NCBI GenBank assembly: GCA_042408215.1
Contig: JAYFMW010000005.1
Coordinates: 608,001-672,000, forward strand
DNA: 64,000 nucleotides
DNA from: Microcoleus sp.
GTDB lineage: Bacteria > Cyanobacteriota > Cyanobacteriia > Cyanobacteriales > Microcoleaceae
Reading direction: 5' to 3'
Under the pieces are notes generated by a model. The model ran no database searches. It was not told the origin of the DNA and saw only the letters and a list, made by a program, of their open reading frames with translations. The position numbers and the translations under genes are program-made. Each line of letters starts with the position of its first letter. Position 1 is the stretch's first letter. Below, in pieces: positions 27,288 to 36,337 of the stretch.

Positions 27288-30188
27288 TTGGTTTTTGGAA
27301 TACCAAAACTTTTTGATACCCATTCCATTACTTCTCATAGAGCGATTGTAGTGGGTGCAGACGGCTACATCCGCACCACTTCGCCACCCTTTCCAGGTGT
27401 GACAGAGAGCGGTACTTATACAATTGGATTATTACCCGCAGGAATGCCATCAGTTAGTTCAATTGTTAACGCCAGCACAAAAGCTAATTCAGGACTAATT
27501 AACCTTTCGACTAACCTCAACTTTGAGAATAGTTATTTAGGAGCAAAAACGAGTGGAATTGGTGCAGTAGCAGCCACAGAAAATCAATTCGAGGCGACAA
27601 CATCACTATTAGCTTACTTAGCCCAATCTTCAAACAAGCCACTGGAAATAATCGGAATTCCCAAAGTTGGAGAAACTGTCGTTACTACCGCTCAGGTACA
27701 ACTCAATACACAAGGAGTTCCTACAGTCTCAGCAGTTCTCTTAGGGCCAGACACTGGGCTAGCAGTCCCTCTTGAACCGCCATCGCTGGAGTCGGCGCAA
27801 CTGGAGTTCTCCAACAGCGAACCTGTGATATTCTTAACAGGCAGCAATTTCCTCAATGGACTCAACGGCAATCTGGGTGCTAGTTTCGGGGATTTGAAGG
27901 TTGACTTCAAGGTGTCCGGTAAGAGCTACTCAGGCACTGTTGTACCGGGACTCAGTAGTTCCCTGGGAGAAAACCGCTATAAAGTGGCGATAAAAGCTCC
28001 TATCAGCGTACCTCTGGGCGAGTCGGAAATTGTGCTGTCGCGACCGCAAAAGGAGCGTTTTGGCCCAGGCCCTCTTGATTCTGATGTGGTCAAACGTTCG
28101 AGTTTTGAAGACCTCCAATTAAAGCCTGTATTTTCTGACCTAATACTGGTAGCACAGCGCTCTAGTGACAAAATTCAGGTAATCGACGCTCTCAGTTCAG
28201 TTCAGAGTCCGTCGAACCCGCAACAGAAGCCACCCAAGGATTTATCGGTGGGGATACCGGGGACAACGGCGGGGACAACCTTAGACCGTCCGGGACTGTT
28301 AGCTGTGACCAGTAATGCGACTCGCGCCTATGTACCTTTGGAATATACGGGGCGGGTGGCGATGGTGGATTTGTTGGCGCGGCGTCCGGTTGATGCTGAT
28401 GCTTCTACGGCGACTGTCGATGATATTAATTTGCCGAGTGGTGCATCTCCTGGAGCAATATCTATTGACCCTTGGGATAATTATGCTTACATCACGGACT
28501 CTAAACGGGGTAGCATTTATGTTCTGGATGTTAATCCAGACTCGCCCAGTTATAACCAAGTTGTTCGGACTATCCCAGTTAATGCGACATCAGGACTGCG
28601 CCAGATTGCGATTAGCAGTGACGGGCGCAAGCTGTTTGCTACTGCGACTGATGGTTATATTTATGCTGTGAATATTGACCCAGAAGACAAACCGACGGTT
28701 CCGAATTCTAATCCTAATAAGTGGTGGGAGCAAATTGGAAAGGTTTTGACTCCTACGGGAGCTTTTGGGTTGGCTGCAACTCCTGACCCGCTCAAAATGG
28801 TTTTTACTAATGGTAATAGGGAAACAGACGGCAGCGGTTTTGGGGTGTTGACTGTGAGTGATGACCCTCTGAATTTTGCTCCGACAACTCGTTACACGAA
28901 TTTAACGCTGACTGATAATAACAATGTCTTTGAGGTGAATGAGGGGGTGGCTGTCACGATGACGGCTGATGGGAAGTATGCGTTTGTGGCTGGTCGTAAT
29001 AGTAAAAAAATCCTTGAACCTAATGCTAATCCGCTGGCGGGGGGGAATATTGGGATTATTAAAGATCCGTTGGGGCCTAATCCGAAATTAGTTGCTGCTA
29101 CTGAACCGGTGCCGGGGATTTTAACTAATAATGTGACTCTTTCTGGTGATGGTAAGTATCTGATTGGTTCTTATCCTACTCTGGGTGGTGGTGGAAGTGC
29201 TTATGTCTTTGATGTGGGGGAAATTATTAAGACTGTTGAAAATCCTGGTGGTAAAGATTTGACGAAGGTGGCTGTTGATAAGATCGATCCGAAGGTTGTT
29301 TCTAAGAGTTTTGCGACGGGTGGTAATCCTTTGGGGTTGCTTGTAGCGCAAAATTTTGAGGACATTCTGCTCAGAGAATTAGAACAGTTTGAAAGGCTAC
29401 TCAGCGAACCGAATAATCTCAAACAAATAGACGATTTTCTTAAGCGTTGGATACTACCACACATACAGGGGAAATATCCTACCATAGAGCGAATACTGCG
29501 TCGGTTCGGGGAAACGGGTGATTGGACGGTGGCAGATACAGAAATCATAGCGTTACTTAATAAGGCAGTTGATAGGTATCGGTTTGATTCTTCTCGAGTA
29601 GATGGATCGGGACCTCATGGTGTCAGAGCACCAATTCCAGAAGATCGGGAAATTCATCTCATATTTCGTGGGGTGGCTGGGGGTGCTAATTTTGCTTGGT
29701 TTGCGCGTTTAGTAGGGTTAGGCAATTTTGAAAATTTGCCTAATGCAAGCCGACACATGAATCATTATTTGGAGAATTCTGGACAACCATTAACTATTGA
29801 CATGAATGAATTTAGGAAAGTCCCTACTGTCAAACAAAACATAGATAAAGCAGTGGAAGAGGCTAAAAAAATCATCGCGAGAGCCAGAAAAAATAGCAAA
29901 AATCTACATCCAAACACATTGATTAGTGGTGTCCGACAACCTGGTCAGGTAAGAAGAGATGAATCGGAGGATTGGTTCTTTGCAGTGGGTGATTACAGCT
30001 ACTGGTGGCAAGCCGATCCAGTTAGTGGTGAGATTACCGTACAAATCAGGGACAAATACAATTGGGATCAAACTAAAGACGTACAGATTCTGGGAGTTCC
30101 AATCAAGGATGAAATTCTGGGAAGTCTTCATCAAGCTGGGCTTGCCCAGGAATATGAAGTAAGAGGAGAATATAAGCAGCGTATTTAG
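27288..30188 (+). CDS. Orphan toxin-like module A (N-truncated; Ig/IPT-like region + YVTN-like beta-propeller + unique C-terminal domain)
   Basis: Homology starts at VVGADGYIRTTSPPFPG (cf. IVGSDGFIRTQSPPYPG in the head gene); TTG start doubtful; unique tail with RHMNHYLENSG, DKYNWD and LHQAGLAQEY. Confidence 0.75.
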   Translation: MVFGIPKLFDTHSITSHRAIVVGADGYIRTTSPPFPGVTESGTYTIGLLPAGMPSVSSIVNASTKANSGLINLSTNLNFENSYLGAKTSGIGAVAATENQFEATTSLLAYLAQSSNKPLEIIGIPKVGETVVTTAQVQLNTQGVPTVSAVLLGPDTGLAVPLEPPSLESAQLEFSNSEPVIFLTGSNFLNGLNGNLGASFGDLKVDFKVSGKSYSGTVVPGLSSSLGENRYKVAIKAPISVPLGESEIVLSRPQKERFGPGPLDSDVVKRSSFEDLQLKPVFSDLILVAQRSSDKIQVIDALSSVQSPSNPQQKPPKDLSVGIPGTTAGTTLDRPGLLAVTSNATRAYVPLEYTGRVAMVDLLARRPVDADASTATVDDINLPSGASPGAISIDPWDNYAYITDSKRGSIYVLDVNPDSPSYNQVVRTIPVNATSGLRQIAISSDGRKLFATATDGYIYAVNIDPEDKPTVPNSNPNKWWEQIGKVLTPTGAFGLAATPDPLKMVFTNGNRETDGSGFGVLTVSDDPLNFAPTTRYTNLTLTDNNNVFEVNEGVAVTMTADGKYAFVAGRNSKKILEPNANPLAGGNIGIIKDPLGPNPKLVAATEPVPGILTNNVTLSGDGKYLIGSYPTLGGGGSAYVFDVGEIIKTVENPGGKDLTKVAVDKIDPKVVSKSFATGGNPLGLLVAQNFEDILLRELEQFERLLSEPNNLKQIDDFLKRWILPHIQGKYPTIERILRRFGETGDWTVADTEIIALLNKAVDRYRFDSSRVDGSGPHGVRAPIPEDREIHLIFRGVAGGANFAWFARLVGLGNFENLPNASRHMNHYLENSGQPLTIDMNEFRKVPTVKQNIDKAVEEAKKIIARARKNSKNLHPNTLISGVRQPGQVRRDESEDWFFAVGDYSYWWQADPVSGEITVQIRDKYNWDQTKDVQILGVPIKDEILGSLHQAGLAQEYEVRGEYKQRI

Positions 30189-30200
30189 GAGGATTATGTT

Positions 30201-30692
30201 ATGAATAAAGCAGCGATTATTGCTATTGTTATGCTGACTTTATTACAGTTAGGTAGTTGTTCAAATGCAAATTCTACCAAAGTCTCTGAACCAGAGACTC
30301 AAGCATCCCAAATGCCTGTTGATATTGAAGAAGTACAGTCATTTACTCGGATTATCCTACCCAAAAGCTATCGAGATTTGCACGTTGACGATGACAAAGA
30401 GCGTAGCCGTATGATATCCATGCGATTCACAATGGATCGCTCTGAATTGGAAAAGTTTTTAACAACAGCAGGTTACAAGGGGAAGGTAAAACTTAATGAT
30501 ACTCGTGAACTGGGAACCGCTAACCTTGCCTGGAAACGGTGGTGGACACCAGACAAAGCCAAAAATTACTTGTCAGGTAGAATTAACCAGCAGAGCCAAG
30601 GTAAGCTTTGGCAAAGCCAAATTTTGATAGACCTAGTAAGTGAGCAAACTGTTACTGTCTATCTTCAAGTATTAGAGATATATGGAAGTTAA
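30201..30692 (+). CDS. Lipoprotein, candidate immunity protein 1 for module A
   Basis: Lipobox LGSC; GGAGG RBS right after the module A stop; WKRWWTPD motif. Confidence 0.85.
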   Translation: MNKAAIIAIVMLTLLQLGSCSNANSTKVSEPETQASQMPVDIEEVQSFTRIILPKSYRDLHVDDDKERSRMISMRFTMDRSELEKFLTTAGYKGKVKLNDTRELGTANLAWKRWWTPDKAKNYLSGRINQQSQGKLWQSQILIDLVSEQTVTVYLQVLEIYGS

Positions 30693-30742
30693 TTGCTCCG
30701 GGAAAGACATGAATCTTTGATAGTCCCTTTTACGAGGATTAT

Positions 30743-31237
30743 GTGATAAAAAAAGGAGCGATTATTACCAGTGTTATTCTGACTTTATTTCAGTTAAGTA
30801 GTTGTTCAATTGCAACTTCTACCAAAGTCTCTGAACCAGAGACTCAAGCATCTCAAATGCCTGTTGATATTGAAGAAGTGCAATCATTCACTCGGATTAT
30901 TTTGCCCAAAAGCTATCGAGATTTGCACGTTGACGATGACAAAGAGCGTGGCCGTCTGATTTCTGTGCGGTTCACGATGAACCGCATAGAATTAGATAAG
31001 TTCTTAACAGAAGCAGGTTATGAGGGGAAGGCAAAACTTAATGATGGCCGTGAACTGGGAACCGCTCACTTGGCGTGGAAACGCTGGTGGACGCCAGACA
31101 ATGCAAAGAACTACTTATCAGGTATAATTCGTGAGGATAACTCAGGTAAAGTCTGGCAAAGTCAGATACTGGTAGACCTGGTAAGTGAAAAAACTGTTAT
31201 TGTGTACCTTCGGGTATTAGAGGTATACGGAAGTTAA
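30743..31237 (+). CDS. Lipoprotein paralog 2
   Basis: Lipobox LSSC; GTG start. Confidence 0.85.
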   Translation: MIKKGAIITSVILTLFQLSSCSIATSTKVSEPETQASQMPVDIEEVQSFTRIILPKSYRDLHVDDDKERGRLISVRFTMNRIELDKFLTEAGYEGKAKLNDGRELGTAHLAWKRWWTPDNAKNYLSGIIREDNSGKVWQSQILVDLVSEKTVIVYLRVLEVYGS

Positions 31238-31290
31238 TTTATCTGGGAAAAACATCGAACTTTGATAGTCCCTTTGAGGAGCTTTAGGTT

Positions 31291-31776
31291 ATGAAGAAAG
31301 CAGCGCTTATGGCCAGTATGATGCTGACTTTATTTCAGTTAGGTAGTTGTTCAAACGCAACTTTTACCAAAGTCTCTGAGCCAGAGACTCAAGCATCTGA
31401 AATGCCGGTTGATATTGAAGAAGTGCAATCATTTACTCGGATTACTCTACCCAAAAGTTACCGAGACTTGCACGTTTATGACAACAAAGAGCGCGGACGG
31501 CTGATGGCTGTGCGATTTACAATGGATCGTTCTGAATTGGAAGAGTTTTTGATAGCAGCAGGTTACAAGGGAAAGGTAAAACTTAATGATAGCCGTGAGC
31601 TGGGAAACGGTCAGCTTTCATGGAAAAAGTGGTGGACGCCAGACAATGCAAAGAACTACTTATCAGGTATAATTCGTGAGGAGAACTCAGGTCTAGTCTG
31701 GCAAAGTAAGATGCGGGTAGACCTTGCAAGTGAGCAAACCGTTATTGTATATCTTCTGGTATTAGAGGCATCTTGA
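31291..31776 (+). CDS. Lipoprotein paralog 3
   Basis: Lipobox LGSC. Confidence 0.85.
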   Translation: MKKAALMASMMLTLFQLGSCSNATFTKVSEPETQASEMPVDIEEVQSFTRITLPKSYRDLHVYDNKERGRLMAVRFTMDRSELEEFLIAAGYKGKVKLNDSRELGNGQLSWKKWWTPDNAKNYLSGIIREENSGLVWQSKMRVDLASEQTVIVYLLVLEAS

Positions 31777-31791
31777 TCTGTATGTGGACGA

Positions 31792-31923
31792 TTCGGATGG
31801 GATCAAGGTAAAGAGGTAAACTTTTTAGCAGTGCCAATCAAAGATGAGGTTCTGGGAAGTCTTCATCAAGCGGGTCTTGCCCAGGAATATGAAGTAAAAG
31901 GAGAATATAAGTCGCGTATTTAG
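31792..31923 (+). pseudogene. Variant C-terminal fragment of toxin module A
   Basis: FGWDQGKEVNFLAVPIKDEVLGSLHQAGLAQEYEVKGEYKSRI* vs YNWDQTKDVQILGVPIKDEILGSLHQAGLAQEYEVRGEYKQRI*. Confidence 0.88.
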
Positions 31924-31935
31924 GAGAGTTACCTT

Positions 31936-32418
31936 ATGATGAATAAAAAAGCACTTATTGCCAGTTTTTTACTGATTTTGTTTCAGTTAATGGGTTGTTC
32001 ATACACTACTACTAAAGTCTCAAAACCAGAGACTCAAGAATCTGAAATACCTGCCGATCCAGAACAGGTGCAGTTATTTACTCTGATTACTCTACCCAAA
32101 AGTTACCGAGACTTGCACGTTTATGACAACAAAGAGCGCGGACGGCTGATGGCTGTGCGATTTACAATGGATCGTTCTGAATTGGAAGAGTTTTTGATAG
32201 CAGCAGGTTACAAGGGGAAGGTAAAACTTAATGATATCCGTGAACTGGCAAACGTTCACCTTGCGTGGAGGCGGTGGTGGACACCAGACAAGGCTAAGAA
32301 CTACTTATCAGGTATAATCCGTGAGAATAACTCAGGTAAAGTCTGGCAAAGCGAGATATTGGTAGACTTGGTAAGTGAAAAAACTGTTATTGTGTACCTT
32401 TATGTGTTAGAGGGATAA
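31936..32418 (+). CDS. Lipoprotein paralog 4
   Basis: Lipobox LMGC; shares an identical central DNA block with paralog 3. Confidence 0.85.
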   Translation: MMNKKALIASFLLILFQLMGCSYTTTKVSKPETQESEIPADPEQVQLFTLITLPKSYRDLHVYDNKERGRLMAVRFTMDRSELEEFLIAAGYKGKVKLNDIRELANVHLAWRRWWTPDKAKNYLSGIIRENNSGKVWQSEILVDLVSEKTVIVYLYVLEG

Positions 32419-32518
32419 GGAAGTTAATTTTTATGGGAAAAACATCAAGCTTTAATAGTCCCTTTTAGGAGGATTATTTTATGAATTTGGCGTACCAATC
32501 GGCACCGAAGTTTTATTT

Positions 32519-35107
32519 ATGCGAAAGGGGTCGCTACCGACTGGGGCTGATAGCTGGAACGAAACTTGGCTGATACAAGAATCAGGAGTAGTAGGTGCAG
32601 ACGGCTACATCCGCACCACTTCCCCACCCTTTCCAGGCGTGACAGAGAGCGGTACTTATACAATTGGATTATTACCCGCAGGAATGCCATCAGTCAGTTC
32701 AATTGTTAACGCCAGCACAAAAGCTAATTCAGGACTAATTAACCTTTCGACTAACCTTAACTTTGAGAATAGTTATTTAGGAGCAAAAACGAGTGGAATT
32801 GGTGCAGTCGCAGCCACAGAAAATCAATTCGAGGCGACAACATCACTATTAGCTTACTTGGCGCAATATTCAAACAAGCCGCTGGAAATGATCGGAATTC
32901 CCAAAGTTGGGGAAACTGTCGTTACGGAGGCTCAGGTACAACTCAATACAGAAGGAGTTCCTACAATTTCGGCAGTTCTAAATGGGCCGGATACTGGGTT
33001 AGCAATTCCCCTCGAACCACCGTCGCTGGAGTCGGTGGAACTGGAGTTCTCCAACAGTGAACCTCTGGTGTTTTTGACAGGTAGCAATTTCCTAAATGGA
33101 CTCAATGGTAATCTCGGCTCTAGTTTCGGAGATTTGAAGGTAGACTTCTGGATGGGAGGTAAGAATTACTCTGGTACTGTTGTACCGGGACTCAGTAGTT
33201 CGCTCGGAGAAAACCGCTATAAAGTGGCGGTAAAAGCTCCGATTAGCGTACCACTGGGCGAGTCGGAAATTGTGCTGTCGCGACCGCAAAAGGAGCGTTT
33301 TGGCCCAGGCCCTGTTGATTCTTCAGTAGTTAAACGTTCGAGTTTTGAAGACCTCCAGTTAGAGCCTGTATTTTCGGATTTGATACTGGTAGCGCAACGG
33401 AATAGTGACAAAATTCAGGTAATTGACGCTCTCAGTTCAGTTCAGAGTCCGCCGGACCCGCAACAGAAGCCTCCCAAGGATTTATCGGTGGGGACATCAA
33501 GCGTGACAGACCGTCCGGGACTGTTAGCTGTGACCAGTAATGCGACTCGCGCCTATGTACCTTTGGAATATACGGGGCGGGTGGCGATGGTGGATTTGTT
33601 GGCGCGGCGTCCGGTTGATGCTGATGCTTCTACGGCTGCTGTCGATGATATTAATTTGCCGAGTGGTGCATCTCCTGGAGCAATATCTATTGACCCTTGG
33701 GATAATTATGCTTACATCACGGACTCTAAACGGGGTAGCATTTATGTTCTGGATGTTAATCCAGACTCGCCCAGTTATAACCAAGTTGTTCGGACTATCC
33801 CAGTTAATGCGACATCAGGACTGCGCCAGATTGCGATTAGCAGTGACGGGCGCAAGCTGTTTGCTACTGCGACTGATGGTTATATTTATGCTGTGAATAT
33901 TGACCCAGAAGACAAACCGACGGTTCCGAATTCTAATCCTAATAAGTGGTGGGAGCAAATTGGAAAGGTTTTGACTCCTACGGGAGCTTTTGGGTTGGCT
34001 GCAACTCCTGACCCGCTCAAAATGGTTTTTACTAATGGTAATAGGGAAACAGACGGCAGCGGTTTTGGGGTGTTGACTGTGAGTGATGACCCTCTGAATT
34101 TTGCTCCGACAACTCGTTACACGAATTTAACGCTGACTGATAATAACAATGTCTTTGAGGTGAATGAGGGGGTGGCTGTTACGGTGACGGCTGATGGAAA
34201 GTATGCGTTTGTGGCGGGTCGTAATAGTAAAAAAATCATCTTGGGTGAAGATCCGCTGGCGGGGGGGAATATTGGGATTATTAAAGATCCGTTGGGGCCT
34301 AATCCGAAATTAGTTGCTGCTACTGAACCGGTGCCGGGGATTTTAACTAATAATGTGACTCTTTCTGGTGATGGGAAGTATCTGATTGGTTCTTATCCTA
34401 CTCTGGGTGGTGGTGGAAGTGCATATGTCTTTGATGTGGGGGAAATTATTAAGACTGTTGAAAATCCTGGTGGTAAAGATTTGACGAAGCTGGCTGTTGA
34501 TGTGGTTAATCCTAAGATTGCTGCTAATGTTTTTGCGACTGGTGGTAATCCTTTGGGGTTGGTTGCTGCTGCTCCCGACGATCCATGCTTAACACTCATA
34601 CAGAAAATTATAGCCCTTGGTAAAGAGTTGAAAAAACGCTTCGACGATCTGCGCTTAGACGATCAGGATCTTTTTAATCGGCGTAATAAAATCAGCGATC
34701 CTCCAGTCCCGCGAATTCCTCCCTTATCTGGTCGCCCGACTACAGTGACTAGCGATCCTGGTTCTTGGGATGGACACATACTACAGTACGATATAGTTCA
34801 AAAAGAGTTGAAAAAATTGCTCCAAGATATTGAAAAAATGGACAATTGTGATGATAATGATCCCTATGGATACGGCGGGAACACAATGCAAGATGCCTAT
34901 GACCAAGCTGTGGAGTATAGTCAAAAACAACCTCCTAAAGAGCCAGATATCAGAAACCGAAGTAGCTTACTGGCACGGGCCAATGAGCTGGGCGCACAGG
35001 TGAAAGACGGTGCTTTATGGGTAGGAGCGGGGGTAGTAGGAGCTGTTCTGCTGGCATTGGAAGTAATTGCAAGGCTTCTGGGATTAGAGTTACGTTCTAA
35101 GCCTTGA
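32519..35107 (+). CDS. Orphan toxin-like module B (N-truncated; same body as module A, different C-terminal domain)
   Basis: Upstream PIGTEVLF-MRKG matches VGTKVYFMRKG of the head gene; diverges from module A after ATGGNPLGL; helical tail with GSWDGH and a terminal hydrophobic helix. Confidence 0.78.
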   Translation: MRKGSLPTGADSWNETWLIQESGVVGADGYIRTTSPPFPGVTESGTYTIGLLPAGMPSVSSIVNASTKANSGLINLSTNLNFENSYLGAKTSGIGAVAATENQFEATTSLLAYLAQYSNKPLEMIGIPKVGETVVTEAQVQLNTEGVPTISAVLNGPDTGLAIPLEPPSLESVELEFSNSEPLVFLTGSNFLNGLNGNLGSSFGDLKVDFWMGGKNYSGTVVPGLSSSLGENRYKVAVKAPISVPLGESEIVLSRPQKERFGPGPVDSSVVKRSSFEDLQLEPVFSDLILVAQRNSDKIQVIDALSSVQSPPDPQQKPPKDLSVGTSSVTDRPGLLAVTSNATRAYVPLEYTGRVAMVDLLARRPVDADASTAAVDDINLPSGASPGAISIDPWDNYAYITDSKRGSIYVLDVNPDSPSYNQVVRTIPVNATSGLRQIAISSDGRKLFATATDGYIYAVNIDPEDKPTVPNSNPNKWWEQIGKVLTPTGAFGLAATPDPLKMVFTNGNRETDGSGFGVLTVSDDPLNFAPTTRYTNLTLTDNNNVFEVNEGVAVTVTADGKYAFVAGRNSKKIILGEDPLAGGNIGIIKDPLGPNPKLVAATEPVPGILTNNVTLSGDGKYLIGSYPTLGGGGSAYVFDVGEIIKTVENPGGKDLTKLAVDVVNPKIAANVFATGGNPLGLVAAAPDDPCLTLIQKIIALGKELKKRFDDLRLDDQDLFNRRNKISDPPVPRIPPLSGRPTTVTSDPGSWDGHILQYDIVQKELKKLLQDIEKMDNCDDNDPYGYGGNTMQDAYDQAVEYSQKQPPKEPDIRNRSSLLARANELGAQVKDGALWVGAGVVGAVLLALEVIARLLGLELRSKP

Positions 35108-35122
35108 TAGACACGATCATTT

Positions 35123-35995
35123 ATGACAAAACAAAACTGTTTGGAACTTGATTTTTATTGGAAAGACACTGAAAGCTCGGAGTATTTGGAAGCTTTGTCT
35201 TTGCCAACTCTACCTTGGGCGGCTCCTTTCCTACCGCTGCTGGGATTGCCAAATGCTCTATTAGAGCAACCATCTATCTGGGAGTCCATTTATACCCAGG
35301 CTTTTATTGAGCATGAGACTCGCTATCGGATGAGGGATTGGACAGGTACACATGGGGAGCGAGGCGAGCTGGTACGGCAGGTAATTGTGAAGGCGTTGCC
35401 CCTGCTAGCACAGCAGATGGGACGGAATGTGGCAATTGATTTAGAGAAATGGGTCAGGTTTCACTTCTTCTGTCCTGAAGCCAAAAGAGCGATGAGAGAG
35501 TGGGAAAGAACTCTTCGGATTGCCTATTTTTCGCCAAATTCCCGTAAGTATCAGAGAAAAATTCCTCCATCCGCCGTCTTAGTGCCGATATTGCCTCTTA
35601 TTGAGGAATTGATGGATTTCGATCGCAGAACCGAGATCAATGATGCTTTAAAGCGTGTTGCTCCACCACCTCCATACGAGCAGATTCCCTACGAATATAT
35701 GGAACATTGTTATGAAATGACAATGATTTCGGGGGTACTCGATCAAGCGCTGACTTTGAAAGCTTTGCAAACAATTGCCTCTAGACTCAATGACATGGAA
35801 CGAAAAGAAGTGGCGATGTGGGCGCAGGCTCAAGCTCTTATTATGTATAGAGATGGTAAGCCAGAGAATCTGTGTGGAGATAAGTATTTGCAAGTTGAAC
35901 TTCCCTGCTTTGATGTTCCATCATTACTTGACTTTTCTACTGTAGATGAGAGTGCGCTGGATGGAAACCACCACGAGGATCGGACTGTGGATTGA
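35123..35995 (+). CDS. Hypothetical soluble protein, candidate immunity for module B
   Basis: 290-aa ORF 15 bp after the module B stop; no signal peptide. Confidence 0.65.
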   Translation: MTKQNCLELDFYWKDTESSEYLEALSLPTLPWAAPFLPLLGLPNALLEQPSIWESIYTQAFIEHETRYRMRDWTGTHGERGELVRQVIVKALPLLAQQMGRNVAIDLEKWVRFHFFCPEAKRAMREWERTLRIAYFSPNSRKYQRKIPPSAVLVPILPLIEELMDFDRRTEINDALKRVAPPPPYEQIPYEYMEHCYEMTMISGVLDQALTLKALQTIASRLNDMERKEVAMWAQAQALIMYRDGKPENLCGDKYLQVELPCFDVPSLLDFSTVDESALDGNHHEDRTVD

Positions 35996-35998
35996 TCG

Positions 35999-36337
35999 GT
36001 GATACCTAATATAATGCGTAATCAATTAACTACAATAATTAGCCTTTGCAGCTATTTTTACTCATCCTTAGAGGTAATTATAGCGACACAGCCTGTATAT
36101 GAAATAACTATTATTCTACGGTCTTTTGAATTGACAGCTCGTGGCGAAAGGTTTTGGGTTGCCCCTAATGCAGCAGAACATTTTACTGAACAATTGTTAG
36201 GATATATACGCAGTAGAGGATCTGATCGAGGTGCTGAGTTATTCACCCAGTTTGTACTGGAAGATTTCAGGCCGGCAGTCGTTCAAGCAGTTCAACAAGG
36301 CATAACTTACTGTCAACGCTGTAGGGTTTGGGCATGA
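35999..36337 (+). CDS. Hypothetical protein (start uncertain)
   Basis: 112-aa ORF at the island's right edge; no recognisable motif. Confidence 0.35.
   Translation: MIPNIMRNQLTTIISLCSYFYSSLEVIIATQPVYEITIILRSFELTARGERFWVAPNAAEHFTEQLLGYIRSRGSDRGAELFTQFVLEDFRPAVVQAVQQGITYCQRCRVWA

Larger units (their letters stand above)
27348..34561 (+). repeat. ~2-kb direct repeat: 27348-29339 and 32588-34561
   Basis: Near-identical DNA and protein between the two orphan modules up to ggtaatcctttggggttg. Confidence 0.95.

Noticed and set aside
18797..35107. Rhs/CDI/T6SS/T7SS locus or DGR target
   Set aside because: No YD repeats, PAAR, VENN, haemagglutinin, WXG/LXG, VgrG or reverse transcriptase; repeat differences are not adenine-restricted
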